A stretch of 64,000 nt of DNA from Trichoplax adhaerens (taxonomy: Eukaryota > Animalia > Placozoa): the NCBI RefSeq assembly GCF_000150275.1, contig NW_002060943.1:4546008-4610007 (forward strand). The letters are read 5' to 3'. The translations under genes and the position numbers were made by a program. The notes beneath the pieces are model-generated. The model was not told the origin of the DNA, ran no database searches, and worked only from the letters and a program-made list of their open reading frames with translations. Positions 27,701 through 38,168 of this stretch are shown here, in pieces. Each line of letters begins with the position of its first letter. The stretch's first letter is position 1.

Positions 27701-30084
27701 TGATTGCTATATGATAGTCTACGTTAAACATTAAAAGGCAATGGAAATAAAGGTCTCTTTCTGGCCAATAATCTACTTTAATACTGGTAATGAATAACTG
27801 CATTAGAAAACATTCAAAAATAATAATGAAGATATTTTCTGATACTTTACAACACTAAGCATAGAAAAACAACTTTTTCTAGATTTCATTTCTATAATAT
27901 TATTGATAAAATTATTCAACTGATGATATAAAAGGCTATTTACACAATTGGCGTCTGTTTGCTCACCTTCAACGAGCACAACAGTATTTCAAGATCAAGA
28001 CTACTACGCTCCGCAGTTCTGTAAGGACAATAAGAATGATTACTTTTACTTAATGATATAGCATCATATTTGCATCGTCTCATTGATTTTTCAAAATTCA
28101 AAGCATGATCTCATAAATAATAAGTTTCGAGTTGCCAAGGTAACCTAGTCGATGGGTGTGAATTAAAATAGTGTTTGCCGTCAGTGATTACCTGATTGGT
28201 AATTGACATAAGTGTGTTAAACTTGTTCAAATAAAAATTATGCCCAGTAAATGTACATAATGCAAGGATTGAAAATATACGATTAGATTGTTCTTGAAAC
28301 TTGATATTACATGAGTACTGTATTATCAATTAGCAACGTTAATCTAACCTGCTATACTACTATAAGTTGAGTTTAGAAGATAGCAGAATAATATCTACGA
28401 AAACATAATAATTCTCTTATAATTAATTATACAGCATTCCACCACGGAAATGCTATGAAGGAAGTAATCATTGTTAATGACGAAAGTAGCTTTCATAAAA
28501 AATAAACTGGCTAATTTTCTCTTCACTGAGAAAGTAATTTTGGATCTTGATTGTAGAGATCCTAAGAAAGGTAAAGGTAAAAAAACAATTTGTTCTATAT
28601 AAGTTATGTCAATCCCCGAAATTGGACAATTATAGGATTGTCCTATTTTCCGGGATTTGACCACAACTCGTGTTCGTGTTCGCATTAGTTAATCCTAGGA
28701 TTGTTCAATTTCGTCAATTGCAATGATAGCAAAACAGGATTCAAGATCGCTAATAAGTAAAGCAATATGGCAGTAGCGACAAGCGTACAACTTCGCTTGA
28801 GCAAACCGGAATATCAGGCAGTTATGAAGCACTGCTATAAGTTATTTCAAATTAATAAATTAATAGCCACTAAACCGAGATTGATTCCTACTCTTGCAAT
28901 ACTGTATGCGGACGAGTAGGATTAACTTGATTTGTCAGCAATAATTCGACGCCAACATGCTATCTTATTTTTTAAGTTTATTTAGCAGCGTAATTGAAAC
29001 TTTCATATAATGCTAATTTTTTACGCTTCGTTGATAATTTATAATTCATTAAATGCGCTAACAAAAATAACAACAACAAGCCCACCAAACTAGTGGTTAC
29101 AAGCCACGATGAATTAAAATAATGGCCAAATATTATCTCATTGAGAATTTCATGGCTAGCTTTAGATTAAAAGGATGATGCATTATAATGCAATCATTAA
29201 ATGTTAAGTAGTCCTAGCTGTTGGTTCATTCGGCCCATTTTTTATGACTATGGTCTATCGCTTAAAATGACTTTGATAACAGTAGTCCTTGTGTATAGTA
29301 TTATTATTATTAAGGAAGCGTGGGAGATATGGAGAAGGGGGAGTAGGGTAAAATTTGTTATTGAGTAGTCCATGATAATAGTACTGTGCATTAGTTTGTA
29401 AAATAGATTCCAAAAAAAGGAGTATGAAACCTGTACTTTGGTCCAGGTGGCAGAGCAATTGCTGTCTTTTTGAACGGTATTCAAGTCTGATCGATAGATT
29501 TTTACCAGCGACATGTACTCGTACATGCAGTACATACTCCAGTCCATAATAAAAATATTTAAAATAGACTTCAAGATTGAACTCTACTGCATTTTCAACG
29601 ATACTCAATGATGATGTGATTAGAGTATCTTCTAATCATTTCCAGTAATGGTAACAAGTATGAATAGCAATTATTCATTGATACGCTTATACTAGTGCTC
29701 GACTTGGCTCATTAATGAACTGAAGGTTTAATTAACAAGTGCTAGCTCGAACTTGGCTGCTGTAGTGAGCGTGTCCAGTAAGTTAGTTAGTCCATTTTAC
29801 TGCTTGGGTTTATCAACTCGTCTATGATGTGCTGTAGTGAGTGTGTCCAGTAAGTTGGTTAGTCCATTTTACTGTTTGGGTTTATCAACTCGTTATTGAT
29901 GTGAGGGGTAGAGTACGATAGAATGATTGAATCTCGCGTGCCATCATTGTAAGAGAAAGGAAAGCGACTAATTTTTATAATAATTTTAATATACTGTATA
30001 TAGTAGTCACCAATTTATACAGATTGGTCATATTGTCTTTGCAATTTACCTTTTCTTTAAGCAGTCAATCCACTCCACCATCAT
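12767..30084 (-). CDS. RAPGEF4: Epac2/RAPGEF4-like cAMP-regulated Rap guanine nucleotide exchange factor (CNB-A, DEP, CNB-B, REM, RA, CDC25-GEF)
   Basis: Exon 1 (30050-30084) [11 protein letters not shown]+R joins [17 protein letters not shown] (cf. Epac2 [21 protein letters not shown]). CNB-A: [37 protein letters not shown]: [25 protein letters not shown] (~24050-24280). CNB-B: [46 protein letters not shown] domain: [28 protein letters not shown]-terminus [22 protein letters not shown]. Confidence 0.95.
21343..22222. promoter_or_regulatory. Two perfect CRE palindromes (TGACGTCA) in the large RAPGEF4 intron
   Basis: TGACGTCA at 21343-21350 and AATGACGTCATT at 22211-22222. A YY1-like GCCGCCATTTT lies at 22573. 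Function is unproven. Confidence 0.35.
29759..29902. repeat. 72-bp tandem duplication in RAPGEF4 intron 1
   Basis: GCTGTAGTGAG.GTGTCCAGTAAGTT.GTTAGTCCATTTTACTG.TTGGGTTTATCAACTCGT starts at 29759 and 29831. Confidence 0.95.
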
Positions 30085-31480
30085 GTTGATTGTATCGGAA
30101 GCGAATCTGTAGCCAGCGGTCAGAACCGTACTCGATTTCTATTATTAATTGTTATTTTCTCTGCAATGTGGCCTACTCTTCCTCCACCGAATATTAACAA
30201 TCTTCTGGCACACTATACAACTTTAGCAAGACAATTTCAAATTCACACTGATACAGCAATCAACAAAAATGGTCGACTTCAATGCCATTCTAATAATGCG
30301 GCTGATTGATGTTGTTGAACTTGAAATATTTGAATATGTAGAGGATAAAATGTGCCTTTACTTACATCGAGCGCGCCTACGGTACAACGTGTTGTTCGTG
30401 TCGCCGTGTAACACCTGTCGCCATTGGCTAACCTACGTGCAACACCATAGACACGACACTGCTGACTGGACACGTCATTACTGTCGACATACAGTACCGA
30501 CAGTCATTCAGTAGTGTAGTGTTAATTAAATGACAAATACGTGATAAGTCATGTGATAACGGTTGTTTTCTATCCAATACAATCGTATTTGTTGACTGGT
30601 TTAGAACTGGCTGCCTGTACGTACTGGTACTATTATGGTTATCATTTCGGAGCGGTCATTTGTCACAGTGTTTCATACTGAATCAAGATTAACAAGTTAC
30701 TTTCATATGGAATGTGGCTCAAAGCTTTTGGGTAATGTACATTGTACAGTACTGTAGAGAGAATCGTTCAGCAGATCTGACTGGATTGACTCTCACTGTC
30801 CTAAACAAATTTTTATTTTTAAAGAGTATCCATTTTACAGTGACTTTACAGTCTGTACTGTACATTCTGTACTGTACATTCTGTACTGTACTGTACTCAC
30901 TGCTATTCATTCAAGTGCACAGAACACTCAAAAAGACCATGATGTAGGACAGTATTACTGTACAGTAGACTACCAGGAGTCCAGGACTACAGTACTGTAC
31001 TGTAATGTACAGTACAGTACAGTATAGTACAGTACTGTACTGTGCAGTGTAATGAGCCACTACAGTACAGTATACTGTAGCTGTACAGTACTGTACTATA
31101 CTGTACACTGTAAAGTGTACTTCATTACTTGAGGCTGAAACCCTGACATGAAACTCGTCTGATCCAAGAGTGTCGCATATGAAACTTCTTGTTACCGTTT
31201 ACAGTACAGTACAGCATAATTTCTAGCTGGCCTGGCCCTGGGATACAGCGGTACTGTATTGTACACTCACTGTACAGTATGACATGAAATGCCACTTTAG
31301 ATTCGGAAGATTGTACAGACGTCCACAGCTCAGGTTGCTGCTTCTCTCGTCAGCATAGCCAGATTATTGCTAGGCTGACCGATCGAAACTGCATTGGCTT
31401 AGAGCGTTAGTATGTGCTCATTGTTGACCTCCCTGTTGTTGGCCGCTGCTGAACCCAACCAAAGAAACCTTTAGTGAATC
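30085..31480. promoter_or_regulatory. Divergent promoter region between RAPGEF4 and COX18, with CpG-rich patches and a TACAG/CTGTA array
   Basis: The two start codons are head-to-head, 1.4 kb apart. CpG-rich at 30360-30510. Dense TACAG/CTGTA pentamers at ~30740-31280. Confidence 0.6.
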
Positions 31481-33090
31481 ATGCTACACCGCCTGGGAGT
31501 TGTTCGACATCGTGTAATGCTACACACTGTCGTACGTTCCCCAGCAACAAGGCAGCTGGACAAGCCGTCAGTAGCGTTGCTGCACAGTTCTACCTTTTTA
31601 GCATCCGGTAAGCTTACTGCTGTGCTTCCATTAAAGTGTTCAACTCTGCAATTTGTTATTTTGCAAGTGATTGCATGACCTCAATGTGATTCTTTCTTTC
31701 ATGGTGATCGGATTTTTCTAATTTATATTATGCTTATGAGAATGAATTATACTTACTGTACTTGTACAGTATATCCTGTCTTTGTACGAATTATTCACAT
31801 TCTTACTCTTCAGACAGTACTACATTATACAGCGCTTACCTACCGGTTTCTTGTGCGGAAAATTTACTTGAAAGTATTCACAATGGACTGTCACTACCTT
31901 GGTGGATGACTATAGCTGTGACGACGATTACATTAAGAACATGTATCACTTTACCATTAACAATTTATCAGCAAAAAAAGTCCGCAAAATTGGTGTTGCT
32001 ACAGCCTGTAGTCAAGGAGATAAGCGAAGCGGTCAAGTACAATGTAGCTACTAAGTGCCGTCGCGAAGATCTACCCGTAGAAGTTGCTGAAGAAAGATAT
32101 AAGACCTTAGTAAGCGATTGATACTTTCATTTTTAGCAGTTAATGCGTACTCGTATAATAAGTAGGAAACATTCTGTAATCATTCCATCGTAGACTAATA
32201 TACTCGTACAGTAGAACGATAACATACGTATTAGGTATTAGATTGCTTTGCTTGCTTATTGCATAGTTCAGTGGAATGGTACGAGATTTATACAAAAAAG
32301 AAGGATGCCAGCCATTTAAATTATTTCTGCTACCATGGACTCAGATGCCTTTATGGATCTCCATTTCATTAGGCCTGCGTGATTTATCCATTTATAAACA
32401 AGGTTGGATTAATAGAAGTCCTACATGAATGTTGCTTATGATACTGTAACAATACTGCTATACAGAAATTATAATTTCAAATTGTTGGCAGCTCCAATTT
32501 CGCGGATAACTAACATTTTTATTGGGCAGATCCCGCTATGGCAACTGAAGGCCTTGCTTGGTTTTCAAATCTCCTACTACCCGATCCTGCTTGGATCTTA
32601 CCAATATGTTTTGGTCTGTGTAATCTTTTAAATATCGAGATAAATGCCGCAGGTCGACAAGCGCCTGGCAGGATTCAAGCAATTATGAAAAAAGTTTTCG
32701 TCACATTATCTATTGTCATGGTACCGGTTGCTACACAAATACCTTCGGTACGTTTGCTATAGTAATACATGATGCTTCTATACTTGCATTAATTATCTAC
32801 CTTTCAAAAATGCATACTAGTTACGACTATTTATCTACCATGTCATGAATTAATTCGATATGTATAATTTATCTTTTATTCTCTTGTAGTGTATGTCGTT
32901 TTATTGGACTTTATCCAGTTTTTATAGCTTAGTGCAAAATAGTATTTTGATGTTACCAAGAGTTAAAAGAATTGCACGTATACCACAAACTCCGAAGGAA
33001 AGCAAGCATCCATTTAGAGACTTATACGCAATATTTAGTATCAGAATGAAAAAATTTATCCAGTTGCAAAAGCAAGCGAATAGAAAGTAA
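31481..33090 (+). CDS. COX18: Cytochrome c oxidase assembly protein COX18 (Oxa1/YidC family), 5 exons
   Basis: Arg-rich mitochondrial presequence MLHRLGVVRHRVML. Then LESIHNGLSLPWWMTIAVTTITLRTCITLPL, GCQPFKLFLLPWTQMPLWISISLGLRDL, TEGLAWFSNLLLPDPAWILP, and MSFYWTLSSFYSLVQN..RIPQTPKESKHPF. Confidence 0.92.
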
Positions 33091-34549
33091 CGGTCATAAA
33101 ATTTCTATTGCAACTATTATTGTTATAGTAAGTTAACTTATAATTGCATTTATACATAAATAATATTATCATTACGCAGTACAGATATTACAGAAAATAT
33201 TTCATTGTCTTAAACTGGAAAGGTACAGTTACAGCCTATAAAACTCAAATTTGTTACATTTTATATATATAACATATATACGAGTATGATCACTATGTGT
33301 ACAGGATATATACTATGATTTTTTTTGTCTGTATATGTCGCTAAGCTCTGTGTAATGTCACGGTTTCTTTTTGTGGGTACAGTAATACAGCACATGTACA
33401 CTTGTACAGTAGCATTAAAATTCAATTCTGGGCTATCTGAGAGTGAAAAGCTGATATTCTAAAGATGTCTTGCTGCATTAGCATGTCTTACTATTCAAAA
33501 CTTCTATTTGAAAATTATTGAAAGGCAATATTGTGATATAGTGTGGTATAACTGCGCCAACGCTTTTTTAATACAGACAGCTAAACCTGGGTTAGTTGTT
33601 CTTCTATTTTTATTTACGAATGCAAAATTTTACCATTTCATTTTCTATTAACAATAAAGCTTCGAAGATTCTAAACTCTATTGAAGTTAGTAAATAAACT
33701 GTACTCTATCATACAGTTATTCCTAACGTGTTTTCAATGCATTCTTTGCATATTAATGTGTAAGGTACTGTTCATAGTTCAGTAAACTGTTGACAAGTAC
33801 GGTGATTAATGATGAAGTCTTCTCTGATAGGATGAATTCACGTCACAAAGTGACATGTTGCTGATTTTAGTGCTCGGTACAGTATTTTTAGCGCAGTATT
33901 TATTATAATGTGAATGAAAATCGTTCCTATTTTTACAGTACTGTATGGAATAGGTTCAGAGTCAGTTGTGGGTTGTGATACAATCACCACAACATTTATA
34001 TTTTGAGTCACATATTGAACAAAATATCAAGAGTAGTCGTAATCTACCGAAATTTTTGTAACATTACGATACAAAATAGCAAGTGTCCGATGATTTATGT
34101 GAATAACTCATCCATCACACCATCTTAATGCCTCAAGATATGATTTTGTTCTTTTGCAGACCTGTTGCACCGAGTGCGAACTTTGTAATACAAATTAAAA
34201 GGAAATCAATTAAGTGGCTCACACCGTTCAGCTTTTATAGCTAGAAATTGTAACAGCAAGACTTTCATTGCTCCGATTGCAGTTGTAGATATCTAATCCT
34301 TATCACTATATACTGTAGGCAATAAAAGGAACTGTATCATGCATTTACTCCTGCAGAGGCTTTAAAGATAGCTCTCTTTCCTTGTATACAATCTGCTAGA
34401 AATAAATACTAATTAACAGTAAATTAATATTTTCTAAAAGTAATCTGCATAAAGATAGGGCATCTCTACCTGTATCGGCCTTGCTGCAGACTACAGAGTT
34501 TGGACAGTAACGAGAATAACTTCATTTAAGCGCGTATGCGTAGCCTACC

Positions 34550-35040
34550 TTAATTTACAGTACTGTATGCTGCGTTGTAAATTAGCGTGTAGACTACTGT
34601 GCAATGTACTGTACTGTACTGTACTATACTGTACTGTAGTCTGTAGTGCAGTATTTTCCAGTGCTGAACAGGGGCGTGGCGAGCCTTTTACAATGGTTGA
34701 GCTCTTAGTGTTGTCTTAAATTATGTCTTTAAATTTTGATGAAATGGGCTTTAGAATTGGCTCAAATTGCATGCATACAGCTCAATACAATCTTGAGCAA
34801 TTGGCTATTGATATTTTAATTACTTTTTATTGTAGTATTGAATAATTCTATTTCTTTTAAGTTTATAATACTAACTATCAGTCGCTGATACATGTACCGT
34901 CGCTTCAACCATTTTACAAGTCACGTCGTAATATCGGTCTTACTGCACAATGTGCAGTACTGTATACTGTACAGTACAGTACGCAACTGTACTGTACATT
35001 AGTGTACAGTACAATGTACTGTACATACTGTAGCGCTATA
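34550..35040. repeat. TACTG/CAGTA quasi-palindromic arrays upstream of PLA2G12
   Basis: GTACTGTACTGTACTGTACTATACTGTACTGTAG at ~34606-34640. TACTGCACAATGTGCAGTA hairpin and further TACAG/CTGTA runs at 34940-35032. Confidence 0.8.
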
Positions 35041-35182
35041 GTGGTTTCATCAGCATCCGCCATTCAGCAATTTGCACTTCTGGTGAGTTTGCGGTTAGTT
35101 CGCCTCATCGCGATTATTCTTAAAACATAGACTGTAGTTTTATTTACCTGCACAATATATTTTTTCCCCATGCCGCCACATT

Positions 35183-36358
35183 ATGGTTCTATATTCAATG
35201 GAAAAGTACCAACACAGCATAGTGCTAGTAGCAATTTGCCTGTTATGTCATGACACCATTTTGATGGTTAATTCATTCAACTTGACTCGGATTGGAGAAA
35301 CGATCGGTCAATTAGCCGATCAATGGGCTAATATTGGTAAAGTCGTTGACCAAGTATTGCCTTGCCAATTTACTTGCCCACATGGTAGGTGAATGAAATT
35401 TGAAGCAATGCTGGATATATGACTGGGATCAAGTCAATTTCACCAACTAGATATATCAATTTTTCTACCATCAACTTGGTCCAACGATTTATATAATACG
35501 TACTACAAATTATTTCTTCATAATCGATAGTTAATCCAGCTGTCTGGCTCTCAATTTAGTCAGCCACATAATTCGGAGGGCCTGGATTAGATTCGCTACT
35601 GTATTACTTACTCATACCATGCCAGCTATCTTTGATACCTATGTAATATTGTATTGTTGCTTGAAATGTTTATCATTGTTACTTTACTTTTATTATAAAA
35701 ATATTACTCGTATAGTACAGTACATGGGGATCCTCAGAGTGGCTTCCTGTTGTTTATATACCCTTACACTACAGTAGTAGAAACCCTAACTATAATCATA
35801 TATTAGCGTAGAATTTCTATACACCACTATAGACACAATCTTTAATGCAAATCAATTATGTAAATTAATCAATTTTAATGCTATGTGTATCATCAACAGG
35901 TCAAAAACTAGTCAGAAGAGACGGTGCTAGACCCATGCCAAACGGTTGCGGCACCGATAAATTTCCGGTAAGACAGGAATTGAGTACTCCTGCACCGCAA
36001 TTTTGGGGACTTTATAGTTGTATAGGAAAATAATGCGATGATTCACAATGCTATTTTTGTACAGGTTGATATATCGTTCATCCCAGGAGCTACTAGTTGT
36101 TGTGATCGTCACGATATTTGCTATTCTAGTTGTGGCGTAAAGAAGAGGAAGTGTGATGATGAATTCTTCAATTGCTTAAGCAAAATTTGTGATATCAATT
36201 ACAAACATGAGAAAGAAGCGCCAATGAAAAGTCATTGCAAACAATTTAGTCAAATAATACATTCTACTACCCTTTCACTGGGTTGTGCACCCTTTATAGA
36301 AGCTCAAAAGCAAGCATGTCACTGTATAGCCATAAATCGAAATCAGGACGAGTTATAA
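35183..36358 (+). CDS. PLA2G12: Group XII secretory phospholipase A2 (3 exons)
   Basis: Signal peptide (SIVLVAICLLC) and CQFTCPHG in exon 1. Exon 2 (~35900-35967) reads QKLVRRDGARPMPNGCGTDKFP. Exon 3 reads TSCCDRHDICYSSCGVKKRKCDDEFFNCLSKIC...LGCAPFIEAQKQACHC and ends QDEL. Catalytic His-Asp is intact. Confidence 0.93.
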
Positions 36359-37727
36359 TGTTTATATTATGCCAATAAAATATCATTGCCCATACCACGA
36401 GACTCGCTATACCTAAAAGGATTCCCACCTGATGAAAAAATTCTGCTTTCTACGGTCTGAAATACGTATGAAAAGAAATCGACTAATCAGTATTATATTT
36501 AATAAGATATTAAAGATAGATTGATTCTCGATCAGTGTTACGACATGATTCCTTTAATACTTTGCGTATCCCATGAATGTAAAGTAAATATAATTCTAAA
36601 AATTTATAAAATATCGTCTATTTGCTGTTGATATTTATGGGAAACATATATCTTCCCTCTGATTCTATTGTGTAATGCCTGTGATTACCCATATACTATA
36701 GCAATTCACCCATCAAAACTGATGGATATCTAGGATAAAAAGAACATCATCGACAATATTTCGTAACTGCATCGATTCTAATATTGCAAGGTATGTACGT
36801 ACAGAAAATTAACATACTATTCTGTTCTCTTTACGAAACTTTATTCATTCTGTAGACTAAAGCTACAACTACCATGTCCGATAATCAATAATTCTCAACT
36901 CACATCTACAGGAATTTGTAGGCTATTGCTGTTTTACTAAGAGTAAAATTTATTCTTGCTTTACTCGTATGTCGTCTAGAACTTTGTCTTTCAAAAAACT
37001 ACTGAGAATACGGACAGAAACTTGAATTTTTCTAATTATATCTCTCAAGTATTCCTGTAAATTTTGCTATCTTATTCTTATTCGTAAAAGAATTCATAAA
37101 TAAAATATTTTTCAGCCATCCAAATAAATGATATCTTTCAATAGTATAATAAAGACAACAACACATAAATAATGCTAAGAGTAGATTATAAGCTGTTGCG
37201 GGATTTACTCATAGCAAAATTTAAAATACCCTATTACATCTTTCTGTCCACCCTAGATATATATTGCGATATTTAATCCACATATAAAAATGCTTCAATT
37301 AAAATAATTCCGTTGATAATATCGAATTTGAAAAGTATTACTCATAAACTGATATATTTCATTTTGGGAATTGTATGATTTACTAGACAATGCTAATGCA
37401 AATATTGGTAAAATAGCTTGACATTCTTGAAGCCATAGAATAATATCTGCGTTGGTCTTACAATTGCCATCAAACAGCTATGTTCGTGAACTAAATAGCC
37501 ATGCACTTCATTGAAATAATCCTCACACCTAAGCATAATAAACTGCAAGTTAATTAAATACTATTTTTTTTTTTATACAGTACGTGTTATAAATATACTT
37601 TATTGGATAAATCAGTATCTTACTCAAAGTGTTTCAAAAAAAGCTAGTAATCACTCTCTGCTATATTAATAAGCCTATTCATAAAGTTTGGGTTATCCTT
37701 ACTGTTATAGAAAGGCTACCTGACAAA

Positions 37728-38088
37728 GGGGAAAATCGCCATTTATATGCATAGAATTAATCGTAGAGAGGAATTTCGATTCCAAAAGGACAAAAACATG
37801 TATTTATATGAACAGCCATATTCCCCGATAATATAATAATCAATCAAGGAGCAATTAATGTATTTATAGGGTTGTTATCCTTATAAATAAATATAATCAA
37901 AAATTAAATAAATAAAATATACTGGTAATCCCCCAAATATAAAATATGCATCCATTTGAATTACTCACGAAACGTAACAGCTTATAAATACTCGTAAAGA
38001 CTGCCTTCCACTTAATTTTATTACATGAATTTCGATGATATCAAGTCGCTGAACTTTAACTTACCTTGGAAAAGAGAAGGGAATATTA
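37728..38088. promoter_or_regulatory. Cluster of imperfect kB-like motifs upstream of the NF-kB-like gene
   Basis: GGGGAAAATCGCC 37728, GAGGAATTTC 37768, CATATTCCCC 37817, GGTAATCCCCC 37924, GGGAATATTA 38079. None is a perfect GGGRNWYYCC. Confidence 0.25.
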
Positions 38089-38168
38089 TCGCTACTACTC
38101 TAAAGCGAGATTAAAATCCGGAATCTTCAGTTTTAATTGGTATCTCTGTTTCAGACAACGATTAAGCA

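Noticed and set aside
28395-29608. Minus-strand ORFs (96-117 aa) in RAPGEF4 intron 1
   Set aside because: No motifs. Exon 1 at 30050-30084 already joins the next exon in frame with Epac2 homology.
30269-31108. ORFs rich in Y/C/T/V/S
   Set aside because: Translation artefacts of the CpG-rich promoter and the TACAG pentamer arrays.
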